Positions 31,397-41,952 of a DNA stretch of 64,000 bases are shown here, piece after piece (the first letter of the stretch is position 1; each line of letters starts with the position of its first letter). The position numbers and the translations under genes were made by a program. Where the stretch lies: NCBI GenBank assembly GCA_051002135.1, contig JBPCMQ010000016.1, forward strand, positions 51,430-115,429. The letters are read 5' to 3'. The notes beneath the pieces were generated by a model. The model did no database searches and was not told where the DNA came from. It worked only from the letters and a program-made list of their open reading frames with translations. Source of the DNA: Chloroflexota bacterium (lineage in GTDB: Bacteria; Chloroflexota; UBA5177).

Positions 31397-32263
31397 ATGA
31401 GTAGGATTATGGACTCAGGAGAAGCACCCTCGGTCGAGGAGTATACGGACGAAGAGCGCCGAGGGCGGCGACGTCAGCTGGCGCAGCAAGCGATTTCGTT
31501 TGCATCGCAAAACCGATGGCAGGAAGCAGCCGATATCAATGGTAGGATCGTTGAGCTCGTGCCGGATGATGCCGAGGCCTACAACCGGCTCGGCAAAGCG
31601 TACACGGAGATGGGGCATATATCCCAGGCACGTGTGGCATACCAGAACTCTCTACGGGCGGATGCCGCGAACCTGATCGCGCAGCGCAATCTCGATCGAC
31701 TGAGCCGCATCAGCGAGAGCGAGGCTGGGGAGCTCGCCAAGCAGGCCAGGCTCAAGCTGGACCCGCGCTTTTTCATGGAAGAGACCGGCAAGACCGGTGT
31801 TTCGGTCGTCCAGGATCCGGCTCCGACCAACGTGCTGGCCACCCTGACGGCCGGCAACCAGGTGAATCTGGAGGAGCAAGACGGGCGCCTGACGGTCACG
31901 ACGATGGATGGCACGTACCTGGGCAGAGTGGACAAGCGACTGGGCACCCGGCTGCTGCGACTCATGCAGACAGGGAATGCGTATCAGGCGGGTGTCGTTG
32001 GTAGCGACGAGGCCCTCCTGCGCGTGATCATCCGAGAGACCTCCCAATCCCCGGAAAACGCGGGAAGGATTTCATTCCCTCCGCAGGGGTCGAGCGACTC
32101 GTTGCCACGACCGTACCTCCGCGAAGGACTTCGGCGGCGCGCTGTTACCTCTGACGACGAGGATGAGGACGACGTCGATCTCGATGTCGACTCGGAAGCC
32201 GAGGACGACGAGGAAGACACGTCGGAGTTCGGGTTCCACGAGGCGTCCCTGGACGAAGCGTAG
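31397..32263 (+). CDS. TPR-repeat protein with strongly acidic C-terminal tail (hypothetical)
   Basis: AEAYNRLGKAYTEMGHISQARVAYQNSLRADAAN is TPR-like. C-terminal DDEDEDDVDLDVDSEAEDDEED. Confidence 0.7.
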   Translation: MSRIMDSGEAPSVEEYTDEERRGRRRQLAQQAISFASQNRWQEAADINGRIVELVPDDAEAYNRLGKAYTEMGHISQARVAYQNSLRADAANLIAQRNLDRLSRISESEAGELAKQARLKLDPRFFMEETGKTGVSVVQDPAPTNVLATLTAGNQVNLEEQDGRLTVTTMDGTYLGRVDKRLGTRLLRLMQTGNAYQAGVVGSDEALLRVIIRETSQSPENAGRISFPPQGSSDSLPRPYLREGLRRRAVTSDDEDEDDVDLDVDSEAEDDEEDTSEFGFHEASLDEA

Positions 32264-32435
32264 ACGAAGGCCGCATCTGATTGCGGGTGGCGAATGTGAC
32301 TTATCTCCCGAATAGCGTGTGCTAGACTCGCTGTGGTGTGTCCAGTGGTTGACGCTTGCCGGCGACTCAATGCGTTCGCCGGCAAACGCCAACCATGGGA
32401 TACCGATTTTCGAGCGTGCGTAACTGGAGACATGT

Positions 32436-32705
32436 GTGCCCATAGCAAAAGCAGAAAAAGAAGAGATCATACGAGAATTTCAGACCCACGACGGTGATGT
32501 CGGCTCGTCAGAGGTACAGATCGCGCTTCTCACGCAGCGGATCAACGAGCTAACCGAGCATCTCCGTACACATCAACACGACCACCATACACGCCGGGGA
32601 CTTCTTGTCCTCGTCGGCCGGCGCCGGCGACTTCAGGCGTATCTTCGCCGTAAGTCGCCGGAAAGCTATGGATCGGTTATTGCACGCCTCGGGTTACGCA
32701 AGTAA
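32436..32705 (+). CDS. rpsO: 30S ribosomal protein S15
   Basis: 89 aa with a GTG start. [21 protein letters not shown]...[10 protein letters not shown] is a canonical S15 pattern. Upstream of pnp. Confidence 0.97.
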   Translation: MPIAKAEKEEIIREFQTHDGDVGSSEVQIALLTQRINELTEHLRTHQHDHHTRRGLLVLVGRRRRLQAYLRRKSPESYGSVIARLGLRK

Positions 32706-32719
32706 CCCGATTTTTTTGA

Positions 32720-32740
32720 CGAGAACGTCGAACGTTCTCG
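32720..32740 (+). promoter_or_regulatory. Perfect hairpin in the rpsO-pnp intergenic region
   Basis: CGAGAACGT-CGA-ACGTTCTCG: a 9-bp stem, 15 nt after the rpsO stop. Confidence 0.4.
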
Positions 32741-32824
32741 CTGTATCCCGACCACTCGCCGTCGTACGCGCGCCTTTCGAGCCGCGTGCCGGAAGTCCGT
32801 CGCGGATAGGAGTCCGGAGGAGAT

Positions 32825-35107
32825 ATGGAAACGTACGATCAGACCGATGAGATAGCGGGAAGCACCTGGACGATTGGGACGGGACGTCTGGCCTGGCAGG
32901 CCGGCGGCGCGGTGACGGTGGCACTGGGCGAAACGGTGTTGTTGGCAACCGCGACGGCCTCAAAAGAGCCGCGCGCCGGAATCGACTTCTTCCCCTTGAC
33001 CTGCGATTACGAAGAGAAAATGTATGCCGCCGGCAAGATACCGGGCGGCTACATCAAGCGAGAAGGACGTCCCAGCATCGACGCGGTCCTCACGTCGCGC
33101 TTGATGGACCGGCCACTGCGTCCCCTTTTCCCAAAGGGATTTCGCAACGATGTCCAGGTCATCGCGACCCCTCTGTCGGTCGACGGCGAGAACGACCCGA
33201 CGATCATGGCCATCAATGCGGCTTCGGCCGCTCTGACTATCTCCGACATTCCCTGGAACGGCCCCATTGGGGCGGTCCGATTAGGTTATGTCGATGGCGA
33301 GCTGATTGTCAACCCGAAGCTGACGCAGCTAGCGAGCTCAAAGCTGGATTTGACCATGGCCGCGTCCCAGGATGCGATCGTGATGGTCGAGGCGGGCGCG
33401 ACGGAGGTACCCGAGGACGTTATTCTCGAAGCGCTTTCCAAAGGTCACGAGGTCTGTCGCCAATTGGTCGCTATGCAGATTGCTTTACGGGAGCGGTGCG
33501 GCAAGAGCAAATCCGAGTACCCGCTCAAGACGGTCCCGGAGGAGCTGACGCGGGCGCTCTACGACTTTGTCGGCACGCGCCTTCACGACAACCTGGTCCA
33601 TCCCACGAAGACCGAACGCGAGGGCGCGGTGGATGGCCTGGAGGCGGAGGTTTATGAGCACTTCGCGGATCAGGAGTACGATCCTACCGACGTCAAGGCC
33701 GCTTTCGGAAGCCTGGAAAAGAAGACGGTCCGCACGATGATCCTGGAAGAAAACATCCGTCCGGACGGACGCTCCCGCACCGAGATTCGGACGCTTAGCG
33801 TGGATGTGGGCGTGCTTCCGCGAGTTCACGGAAGTGGTCTCTTCAGCCGCGGACAGACGCAGGCGCTGACGATTGCCACACTTGGCTCGACAGATGACGA
33901 GCAGACGATCGACGACCTTGGTCCCGACCGCGCGAAGCGCTATATGCACCATTACAACTTCCCGCCGTTCAGCACGGGTGAGACCAAGCCGCTCCGCAGC
34001 CCTGGCCGGCGTGAGATTGGGCATGGGATGCTGGCCGAGCGTGCCCTCATGGCCGTTCTGCCTGACAAGGAAAAGTTTCCCTACACCATACGATTGGTGT
34101 CCGAGATTCTCTCCTCCAACGGCTCGACGTCGATGGCCGCGACCACGGGAAGCACACTCGCCTTGATGGACGCCGGTGTGCCCATCAAAGCGCCGGTGTC
34201 GGGGATTGCAATGGGCCTGATCAGCGATGACGAAGGAAAGTACGCCATCTTGACGGATATCCAGGGAGTCGAGGATGCGCTCGGCGACATGGATTTCAAG
34301 GTCACGGGCACGCGAGACGGCGTGACGGCGATTCAGATGGATATCAAGGTGTCCGGACTGACCCAAGAGATCATGGCGCAAGCGCTTCAACAGGCGCGAG
34401 ACGCGCGATTGATCATCCTGGACAAGATCGTCCAGGTGATTCCGGAGCCCCGGAAGGAGCTCTCGCCGTACGCTCCCCGCATCACCCGCATCCAGATCAA
34501 TCCCGACAAGATCGGCACGGTCATCGGGCCCGGCGGAAAGATGATCAAGAAGATCATCGAGGAGACCAAGGCGACGATCGACATCGAGGACGACGGCAGC
34601 GTCTTTGTCGCCAGCAACGATAACACTGCGGCGCAGCGAGCCATTGACATGATCAAGGCCTTGACCGAGGAGGTTGAGGTCGGCAAGACGTACAACGGCA
34701 CCGTGAAGCGAATCATGGACTTCGGCGCATTCGTCGAGGTTCTCCCGAGCAAGGAAGGTCTTGTCCATATCTCTCAGCTTGCGTCGCACCGCGTTGAACG
34801 CGTCGAGGATGTGGTTAATCTCGGCGACAGGCTCGAGGTGAAGGTCACGGGGATCGACTCCATGGGCCGGATCAATCTGTCCCATCGAGCGGTGCTCGAG
34901 CCTAACGGCGACGACGGAGGCCGCGACCCGCGAGGTGACAATCGTGGCCCGCGTCCTGGTGGCTTTCGTGACCGCAACGAGGGAGGATTCCGCCGGGGCA
35001 ACGAAGGCGGCGGCCGGCGTCCCGAGGGCGACCGGCGACCGGGTGGTGGTGGCGGCGGCGGTGTTCGGCGCGAAGGATGGAATGATCGCGAGCGAACGAG
35101 AGAGTAG
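32825..35107 (+). CDS. pnp: Polyribonucleotide nucleotidyltransferase (PNPase) with Arg/Gly-rich C-terminal extension
   Basis: 760 aa. Two RNase PH domains, KH (IGPGGKMIKKI) and S1 (GTVKRIMDFGAFVE), then a 69-aa RGG-like tail. Confidence 0.97.
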   Translation: METYDQTDEIAGSTWTIGTGRLAWQAGGAVTVALGETVLLATATASKEPRAGIDFFPLTCDYEEKMYAAGKIPGGYIKREGRPSIDAVLTSRLMDRPLRPLFPKGFRNDVQVIATPLSVDGENDPTIMAINAASAALTISDIPWNGPIGAVRLGYVDGELIVNPKLTQLASSKLDLTMAASQDAIVMVEAGATEVPEDVILEALSKGHEVCRQLVAMQIALRERCGKSKSEYPLKTVPEELTRALYDFVGTRLHDNLVHPTKTEREGAVDGLEAEVYEHFADQEYDPTDVKAAFGSLEKKTVRTMILEENIRPDGRSRTEIRTLSVDVGVLPRVHGSGLFSRGQTQALTIATLGSTDDEQTIDDLGPDRAKRYMHHYNFPPFSTGETKPLRSPGRREIGHGMLAERALMAVLPDKEKFPYTIRLVSEILSSNGSTSMAATTGSTLALMDAGVPIKAPVSGIAMGLISDDEGKYAILTDIQGVEDALGDMDFKVTGTRDGVTAIQMDIKVSGLTQEIMAQALQQARDARLIILDKIVQVIPEPRKELSPYAPRITRIQINPDKIGTVIGPGGKMIKKIIEETKATIDIEDDGSVFVASNDNTAAQRAIDMIKALTEEVEVGKTYNGTVKRIMDFGAFVEVLPSKEGLVHISQLASHRVERVEDVVNLGDRLEVKVTGIDSMGRINLSHRAVLEPNGDDGGRDPRGDNRGPRPGGFRDRNEGGFRRGNEGGGRRPEGDRRPGGGGGGGVRREGWNDRERTRE

Positions 35108-35110
35108 TGC

Positions 35111-35773
35111 GTGACGACGGGGGATGTTACTGCCGAGCTGCAGCGGCTCGCTGAGGAAGTACAGGGCTGCACCCGGTGCGATCTGTATCGCGACGCGAGC
35201 CATGGCGTCCCTGGAGAGGGACCTCCTGACTCGAACATTCTTCTCGTGGGTGAAGCTCCCGGACGGAATGAAGACAGGCAGGGCCGCCCCTTTGTTGGGG
35301 CGGCGGGCCAGTTCTTGGAGCAGCTGCTCGCACTCGCCGGGCTTCGGCGCTCGGATGTCTACATCACGAACGTTGTCAAGCACTGGCCCAATCAAGACAA
35401 CGGACGGTACCGAGAGAACCGAGCGCCGGAGCCAGCAGAAATTCTCGCTTGCCGGCCGTTCCTCGACCGGCAGATACGCCTGATCGATCCTCGGGTCATC
35501 GTGACGCTTGGACGCTTTTCGTTAGCGACTTTCTTTCCCGGCGTGCGTATCAGCGACGTACACGGTCAGGTACGCGAGCACGATGGTCGGTTTTTCTTTC
35601 ACATGTACCATCCGGCGGCAGCGCTTCATCAGCAAAGCCTGCGCGATACGTTGATGTCGGACATGAGAAAGCTGACGGAATTTCTCCGCGAGCCGTTGAC
35701 GGAAGAGCAGCCGGAGGCGCGCGTCCAGGAGCTGGACAACCCGGCAGACCCGGAGCAGCTTACCCTCTTTTAA
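35111..35773 (+). CDS. Uracil-DNA glycosylase, family 4
   Basis: CTRCDL Fe-S motif, GEAPGRNED and HPAAAL motifs. GTG start. Confidence 0.88.
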   Translation: MTTGDVTAELQRLAEEVQGCTRCDLYRDASHGVPGEGPPDSNILLVGEAPGRNEDRQGRPFVGAAGQFLEQLLALAGLRRSDVYITNVVKHWPNQDNGRYRENRAPEPAEILACRPFLDRQIRLIDPRVIVTLGRFSLATFFPGVRISDVHGQVREHDGRFFFHMYHPAAALHQQSLRDTLMSDMRKLTEFLREPLTEEQPEARVQELDNPADPEQLTLF

Positions 35774-35829
35774 AGCCATTACCTAAGCGATCAACCGCCC
35801 TGACAGCCAGTAGAAAGGTTTCTCCAGCA

Positions 35830-37488
35830 GTGGCAAAGCCAAAGCTCCATATCATCCCCCTCGGCGGGGTTGGAGAGATTGGCAAGAACATGGCGGTCTT
35901 TGAATACGGCAACAACATTATTGTGGTTGATTGTGGCGGCATGTTTCCGGAAGAGACGATGCCGGGCGTCGACCTTGTGATTCCGGATGTCTCGTATCTC
36001 ATGGACAAGCAGAAGAAGGTACGTGCCTTCTTCATCACCCACGGGCACGAAGATCATATTGGAGCGCTGCCGTATATCCTCCCTCACTTCGATGTGCCCG
36101 TGTACTCGACCGCGCTGACTATCGGCCTGATTTCCGTCAAGCTCAAAGAGCACCGTCTACTGGGGACGTCGGACCTGCGAACCATCGAGTTCGGCGATCG
36201 TATTCACGCGGGCGTGTTCGACGTCGAGTTTTTCAGCGTGGCGCACAGCGTCCCGGACGCGGCCGGACTGGCTATTCGAACCCCGGTTGGATTGGTCGTG
36301 CACACGGGAGACTTCAAGATCGACCTCACGCCGGTCGATTCCAAGCCGACAGATATCGGAGCGCTGGCGAGGCTGGGTACGGAGGGCGTTCACGTGCTCC
36401 TTGCAGACAGTACAGGTGTTGAGAGGGCCGGATATACCCCTTCCGAATCGACAGTCGGGCCGGTGTTTGACGAGATAATCGGAAACGCGCCGGGCCGTGT
36501 CATCGTTGCCACGTTCGCCAGCCTGATCGCGCGCATTCAGCAGGCCGTCGACATCTCTCGCAAGCACGATCGCAAGGTTGCCGTCATCGGCCGAAGCATG
36601 CTGCAAAACGTCAATATGGCTCTGGATCTGGGCTACCTGCACGATCCTGGGGGTGTGATCCAGCCCTGGGAGAAGATCTCGAACCTGTCTCCGAATAAAG
36701 TGACGGTTATCAGCACCGGAGCCCAGGGAGAACCGGCGTCGGCCTTGAGCCGCATGGCCAATCGAGATCACCGTCAAATTCAGATCCGCAAGGGCGATAC
36801 CGTTGTCTTCTCGTCGACACCCATCCCCGGCAACGAGGAGCTGGTGTCCCGCAACATTGACAATTTGTTCAAGCTGGGGGCCAATGTCATCTATGGCGCC
36901 GACGCCCGTGTGCACGTGTCTGGTCACCCGGGTCGTGAGGAGCTGAAGATGCTGACGAGCATCACTCAGCCACGCTTCATGGTTCCGGTTCACGGTGAAG
37001 TGAGACACCTGATTCTGCACGCTCGTCTGGCGGAGTCCCTTGGCATCCCGCCGCAAAATATTCTGGTGCCGGAGAACGGGAGGGTGATGGAGTTCTCCGA
37101 AAATTCGGCACGATATAGCGGCCACGTCGGGGCGAACAACGTCTTTGTCGATGGTCTGGGCGTGGGTGACATCGGGGATGTCGTGCTGCGCGATCGCCAG
37201 AAACTCGCTCAGGATGGCGTGGTCATAGCCGTGATGACGGTGGATCAGCGAACGGGCCGGCCCCTGGGTCCTCCGGACATTGTCTCGGCCGGGTTTGTGG
37301 ATGTCGCCGGCGACGGGATCGTCGACGGGGCGCGCGATCAGGTGTTCAAGGCTCTCCAGCATATGCACGCCAGCGCGGCGGCAGAACCCATGTACATCCA
37401 AAACAAGGCGCGCGACACACTTCAGAAGTACATCTATCAGAAGACCAAACGCCGGCCGATGGTGTTCCCGGTTGTGGTCGAAGTCTAA
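35830..37488 (+). CDS. rnj: Ribonuclease J
   Basis: KLHIIPLGGVGEIGKNM N-terminus, HGHEDHIG metallo-beta-lactamase motif, beta-CASP and C-terminal domains. GTG at 35830 follows GAAAGG. The longer ORF from 35449 overlaps the UDG gene. Confidence 0.93.
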   Translation: MAKPKLHIIPLGGVGEIGKNMAVFEYGNNIIVVDCGGMFPEETMPGVDLVIPDVSYLMDKQKKVRAFFITHGHEDHIGALPYILPHFDVPVYSTALTIGLISVKLKEHRLLGTSDLRTIEFGDRIHAGVFDVEFFSVAHSVPDAAGLAIRTPVGLVVHTGDFKIDLTPVDSKPTDIGALARLGTEGVHVLLADSTGVERAGYTPSESTVGPVFDEIIGNAPGRVIVATFASLIARIQQAVDISRKHDRKVAVIGRSMLQNVNMALDLGYLHDPGGVIQPWEKISNLSPNKVTVISTGAQGEPASALSRMANRDHRQIQIRKGDTVVFSSTPIPGNEELVSRNIDNLFKLGANVIYGADARVHVSGHPGREELKMLTSITQPRFMVPVHGEVRHLILHARLAESLGIPPQNILVPENGRVMEFSENSARYSGHVGANNVFVDGLGVGDIGDVVLRDRQKLAQDGVVIAVMTVDQRTGRPLGPPDIVSAGFVDVAGDGIVDGARDQVFKALQHMHASAAAEPMYIQNKARDTLQKYIYQKTKRRPMVFPVVVEV

Positions 37489-37503
37489 GTTAGTCGATCC
37501 CCA

Positions 37504-37803
37504 TCAGCGGTGGGCGAATCCAATAGCGCCTCTTTTGTTCTTGGTCCCGCCCCGGAGGGCGACCACCTGTGCGCTTCGTATGATGACCATGTCCCCGGTC
37601 TCTGCCAGCTCAAAAGTCGGCCACTCCTCCGAGGTGAGTCTTTGGGCGACCTCGTGCATTGACCCCTTCACGACGAATCCGCCGCCGCTGGTGAAAACCA
37701 AAATCTCGCCCTCGGCGGGCTGCTTGTCGGTGTCAACTTCCAATCCTGCTTCTCCTGCGTGCGCTGGCATGATGTTGTCTTGCGTGCGGCCTGGCGCGCT
37801 CAC
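37504..37803 (-). CDS. Hypothetical small protein (99 aa or shorter)
   Basis: Clean ORF convergent with rnj; no recognised motif. Confidence 0.45.
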   Translation of the reverse strand: MSAPGRTQDNIMPAHAGEAGLEVDTDKQPAEGEILVFTSGGGFVVKGSMHEVAQRLTSEEWPTFELAETGDMVIIRSAQVVALRGGTKNKRGAIGFAHR

Positions 37804-37838
37804 TCTCCACTATCCTCTGTCCCTGGCACGGTCTCCAA

Positions 37839-38111
37839 GTGCTCGTGAGTGACACGGAAGCACCGCAACCGGGTGAGCTGGAGAAGCTCAAGGGAGCCGT
37901 CCGCGATCTGTGGGCGATGATGCTAGATTCAGGACAGGACTTCGTCGTGTTCATGGACCATCGACGCCTGCGGACACGCGTCGAGAGACGGCCCGACGAT
38001 CTGTACTACGTGAGCTGGGAGGAGCACGAGGACGGTCCGTGGATCGACTATTACCGAGCGTTCGAAGATCCCCGGGAGGCGGCTTTCCACGGGTTTCAAG
38101 GCCCGCACTGA
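37839..38111 (+). CDS. Hypothetical small protein (90 aa)
   Basis: GTG-start ORF, divergent from 37504..37803; acidic, protein-like composition. Confidence 0.45.
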   Translation: MLVSDTEAPQPGELEKLKGAVRDLWAMMLDSGQDFVVFMDHRRLRTRVERRPDDLYYVSWEEHEDGPWIDYYRAFEDPREAAFHGFQGPH

Positions 38112-38143
38112 GCCGTGGACTTCGAATCCGGCGTCAGGAAGGT

Positions 38144-39052
38144 ATGATGACCTCTCGCGTTGCCAGGCAGCTTCGGTACGCGGTTCCCATCGGTGGCGCC
38201 CTCGTTTCGGGCGCGGTCGGGATCGCCGCTTACACCGCTCACATCTTGAACAAGCCACGGCGGCGCACATGGCGGGATGACTTCGCTTTCACGCCATGGG
38301 AAGTACGCGTTCCGCACGAGCGTGTTGAGTTCACGGCGCAGGATGGAGTGGTTTTGCGCGGATGGTGGTTCCCCTGTGCCGATACCGATCATGTGATCAT
38401 TGGATGCACGGGGCATCGCGGTTCCAAGAGCGAGCTTCTGGGCATAGGGTCCGCCCTCTGGCGCGCGCACAACAACGTCCTACTATTCGACTTTCGGGGT
38501 TGCGGCGACAGCGACCCGGCGCCTCTTTCGCTTGCTCATAAAGAGCTCCCCGATGCCCGCGCCGCCATCGATTTCGCTCAACATCGGATGCCGGGTGCGA
38601 GGATAGGGTTGATCGGATATTCCATGGGAGCGGCCATCGCCATCTTGGTCGCGGCCGGCGATCCTTCGGTTCGGGTCGTCGTTGCCGACTCGTCTTTTAC
38701 CAGCATCCATGACGTGATCGCCTTCGCCTATAGCCGGTATCGTCTCCTGCCCGTGCGTCCCATAGTGCTGCTGACCGACCTGATAAACCGTTGGCGACAC
38801 GGATACCCCTTTGGCGCCGTTCGCCCCATCGACGTGATCGGGCGCATCGCGCCCAGGCCCCTGCTCATCATCCACGGTGGTAAAGACGGAGTGACGCCCG
38901 TGGCGAACGCTCACAGGCTGTATGCAGCCGCAGGCGAGCCCAAAGACCTGTGGATTGTCGACGACGCGCGACATTGTGGCGCGTACTTTCTGGATCGAGA
39001 AGAGTATGTTCGACGGGTCACCGGCTTCTTCGAGCATTGGTTGCCGACATGA
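38144..39052 (+). CDS. Alpha/beta hydrolase with N-terminal membrane anchor
   Basis: TM helix (AVPIGGALVSGAVGIAAY), GYSMGA nucleophile elbow, IIHGGKDGVTP and a late His (DARHCG). ATG at 38144 follows CAGGAAGG. Confidence 0.85.
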   Translation: MMTSRVARQLRYAVPIGGALVSGAVGIAAYTAHILNKPRRRTWRDDFAFTPWEVRVPHERVEFTAQDGVVLRGWWFPCADTDHVIIGCTGHRGSKSELLGIGSALWRAHNNVLLFDFRGCGDSDPAPLSLAHKELPDARAAIDFAQHRMPGARIGLIGYSMGAAIAILVAAGDPSVRVVVADSSFTSIHDVIAFAYSRYRLLPVRPIVLLTDLINRWRHGYPFGAVRPIDVIGRIAPRPLLIIHGGKDGVTPVANAHRLYAAAGEPKDLWIVDDARHCGAYFLDREEYVRRVTGFFEHWLPT

Positions 39053-39076
39053 GCGGCAATATCAAGGGCTTACGCC

Positions 39077-39544
39077 ATGCCTCGGTTTGAGGTCACGATC
39101 GACATCCGAGCTCCGGCGCCCACGGTTTTTGCCGGGATCACGGATCCAAAACGATCCACTGAGTGGAACCCCAATATCGTGGAAATTTCCAATCTGATCG
39201 GATACCCAGTGTCCGAGGGATCGACCTGGGATCAGGTGGTGGTGGTCAATGGCCTGCGCATTCGTCTGCAATGTCGCATCGCAGAGTACAAACCTCCTCA
39301 CTACGGACTTCTGCGAGTTTCTGGAGGCAACCAGGCCGAGATCGTGACGCAATGTGAAAGAATCGACGACACGACGCGAGTCACGCAGATCATCGACTTC
39401 GTCATGCCCGGTGGAAAGCTAGGGCAATTGGCCTCCGGCCTGGTCAAAGGCCAGGTCCAGCGCGAGGTTCAGCGAGGACTGGAGCGGCAGCGAGACACTT
39501 TGGAAAGGGAGAGTAGGGAGGGACATGGACCTTCAGTTATCTAA
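39077..39544 (+). CDS. SRPBCC (START/polyketide cyclase-like) family protein
   Basis: [24 protein letters not shown]...W N-terminal pattern is typical of SRPBCC proteins. Confidence 0.75.
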   Translation: MPRFEVTIDIRAPAPTVFAGITDPKRSTEWNPNIVEISNLIGYPVSEGSTWDQVVVVNGLRIRLQCRIAEYKPPHYGLLRVSGGNQAEIVTQCERIDDTTRVTQIIDFVMPGGKLGQLASGLVKGQVQREVQRGLERQRDTLERESREGHGPSVI

Positions 39545-40313
39545 CGCCGTAGCGGTCGTGGCGGCTGCCTCGCAGGGCATCGGTAGAGCCGTTGCCGAGG
39601 CATTCGCTCGCGAGGGCGCGAAAATCGTGATTAACGGCCGCGACGAGACAACGCTGCGACGGACCGCGGACGAGATCGGTGCGCGCTACGGTGTAGAAGT
39701 AGAGGCGGTGGCCGGAGACGTCAGAGTTGCCGGCGACTGCTTACGGTTGATCGAGGGCACCGTTACCCGCTTCGGAAAGATCGACGCTCTCGTGACGAAT
39801 GCGGGCGGACCGCCGGGCAGAAGCTTCGAGGATCTGACCGACGAAGACTGGTACGCGGCCTTCGATCTCACAGTGATGAGCGCCGTTCGGTTGATGCGGA
39901 GCGCCTTGCCACATCTTCGGGAGGCCCGGGGCGCCATCGTCAACTTGACGTCCATCTCGGTCAAACAGCCGCTAAGCGATATCGTCCTCTCCAACAGTCT
40001 TCGCCCCGCGGTTGTGGGGCTCGGCAAGACCCTGTCGACGCAGCTCGCCTCGGCCGGTGTGAGAGTAAACGACGTCGCGCCCGGCCACATCTGGACCCAT
40101 CGCTCAAAGGAGCTCGCCTCGGTACGCGCTGCCAACGACGGGATTTCGTTAGGAGAGGTGCGGAGCCAGACCGAGTTGGGCATCCCCATGCGACGGTATG
40201 GTGAGGCCGAAGAGGTAGCGAACCTCGTCGTCTTTCTCTGTTCGCCGGCGGCGAGCTATATCACGGGCACGACAGTCCTGGTGGACGGAGGAGTGTACAA
40301 GGGCCTCATGTAG
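39525..40313 (+). CDS. Short-chain dehydrogenase/reductase (SDR) family oxidoreductase
   Basis: N-terminal dinucleotide-binding segment [12 protein letters not shown] in place of the TGxxxGIG motif, NAGG motif, 262 aa. Confidence 0.88.
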   Translation: MDLQLSNAVAVVAAASQGIGRAVAEAFAREGAKIVINGRDETTLRRTADEIGARYGVEVEAVAGDVRVAGDCLRLIEGTVTRFGKIDALVTNAGGPPGRSFEDLTDEDWYAAFDLTVMSAVRLMRSALPHLREARGAIVNLTSISVKQPLSDIVLSNSLRPAVVGLGKTLSTQLASAGVRVNDVAPGHIWTHRSKELASVRAANDGISLGEVRSQTELGIPMRRYGEAEEVANLVVFLCSPAASYITGTTVLVDGGVYKGLM

Positions 40314-40508
40314 CTCTGGTAGGAGAGCCGGGACCAATGGGTAGGCGCCGCATGTCGGGGTACAATATCGTGTAGCCTCCCCGAGGCGCCCCTCCAGACT
40401 TTTCTCCAACGGCCCGACCCCAGGGCCGGTACTTGTTTGTCCGAGCAGCGGGACACGCGACGGACCTCGACACGCTGCACCCTTTCGCGATCACAGGGAG
40501 TTCCAGGC

Positions 40509-41903
40509 ATGTCCTTACCCACCACCATTCGCGAGCTTCGCGACTCTGACTACCGCGTGCTTTCCGTGAGGGAAGAAATGCGCAAGAACCTCATATGCCG
40601 GCTCGAGGAGAACGAGGAGCTCTTTCCCGGCATCGTCGGCTACGAGGAGACGGTCGAGCCCCAGTTGGAAAATGCACTACTCTCCGGCCAGGATGTGATT
40701 CTCCTCGGCGAGAGGGGACAGGCGAAGACCCGCATAGCTCGTTCTCTCACCGCTCTCCTCGACGAATTTATCCCGGCCATCGAGGGCTGTGAGATCAATG
40801 ACAATCCCTTCGATCCCATCTGCCGGTCTTGTCGAGACAAAGTGGGGGAACACGGCGATGACGTCACGGTCGAGTGGATTCCGCGAGATCGTCGATACGG
40901 TGAGAAGCTGGCGACGCCGGATACTACCATCGCCGATTTGATTGGGGAGGTCGATCCCATCAAGGTGGCCGAAGGCCGCCACCTGGCCGACGAGCTGGTC
41001 ATTCACTATGGTCTGATCCCACGCACAAACCGAGGAATCTTTTGCATCAACGAGCTACCGGACCTCGCGGAGCGTATCCAGGTGGGCCTCCTCAACATCA
41101 TGGAGGAGCGCGACGTACAGATTCGCGGGTTCAAGATTCGCCTGCCATTGGACATCGTGGTCGTGGCTAGTGCCAATCCCGAAGACTACACGAATCGGGG
41201 CAGGATCATAACGCCATTGAAGGATCGCACCGGCTCGGAAATTCGTACGCATTATCCACACACCCTGGAGCACGAGATCGAGATCGTGGAACGGGAAGCC
41301 ACGACGTTCGCGGCTGACGGCTTCGACGTTCAGGTGCCGGGCTTCATGAAGGAAATCGTGGCAGAAATTACACATCTCGCCCGCAAGAGTGCGGACATCA
41401 GTCAGCGCTCCGGCGTCAGCGTGCGGGTCTCCATCGCCAACTACGAAAACGTCGTCAGCAACGCCCTGAAGCGGTCAATCAGACTTCAGGAAAAGCAGGT
41501 GGTCCCACGCATCGTCGATTTGCCGGCAGTCATGGCGTCGACTGCCGGAAAGATAGAACTGGAGAGCCTGGGCGAGGCAAATGAGCAGAAGGTCGTCGAC
41601 AAACTCGTCAGGGGCGCCATTGTCAACGTCTTCAATCAGTACTTCCTGGTGCAAGAGTTCGATGGCCTGCTGCGCAGCTTTGCCGGAGGAATGACGCTCG
41701 AAGTATCCGAGAACATGCCGTCGATGGAGTATGCTCAGCAAGCATTTCGTGAGGAGGGTCTCAAGAACGCGGTGTCGAAGCTGGGCGTGCAAGGGAACCC
41801 GGCGTTGATTGCGTCGGCTACCGAGTTTGTTCTCGAAGGATTGCACCTCAATCGCCGGCTCAACAAGGACCGCACGGACGGCCGTGCGCGTTACCGCCGA
41901 TAA
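40509..41903 (+). CDS. AAA+ ATPase of the Mg-chelatase ChlI-like / sigma-54-interaction-domain family
   Basis: LGERGQAKTRIAR Walker-A-like motif, INELPDL Walker B context, ANPEDYTNRGRIITPLKDR. ATG at 40509 follows AGGGAG. No VWA-domain partner gene is adjacent. Confidence 0.75.
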   Translation: MSLPTTIRELRDSDYRVLSVREEMRKNLICRLEENEELFPGIVGYEETVEPQLENALLSGQDVILLGERGQAKTRIARSLTALLDEFIPAIEGCEINDNPFDPICRSCRDKVGEHGDDVTVEWIPRDRRYGEKLATPDTTIADLIGEVDPIKVAEGRHLADELVIHYGLIPRTNRGIFCINELPDLAERIQVGLLNIMEERDVQIRGFKIRLPLDIVVVASANPEDYTNRGRIITPLKDRTGSEIRTHYPHTLEHEIEIVEREATTFAADGFDVQVPGFMKEIVAEITHLARKSADISQRSGVSVRVSIANYENVVSNALKRSIRLQEKQVVPRIVDLPAVMASTAGKIELESLGEANEQKVVDKLVRGAIVNVFNQYFLVQEFDGLLRSFAGGMTLEVSENMPSMEYAQQAFREEGLKNAVSKLGVQGNPALIASATEFVLEGLHLNRRLNKDRTDGRARYRR

Positions 41904-41952
41904 CGCGCCTGACAAAAGCGATACCGGGCCTTGACAGAACGCGGTTCTGACG

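Noticed and set aside
35449-35829. N-terminal 127-codon extension of the RNase J ORF.
   Set aside because: It overlaps the family-4 UDG gene in another frame and is Arg/Pro/Ala-rich. The conserved RNase J N-terminus (KLHIIPLGG) starts right after GTG 35830, which has a ribosome-binding site.
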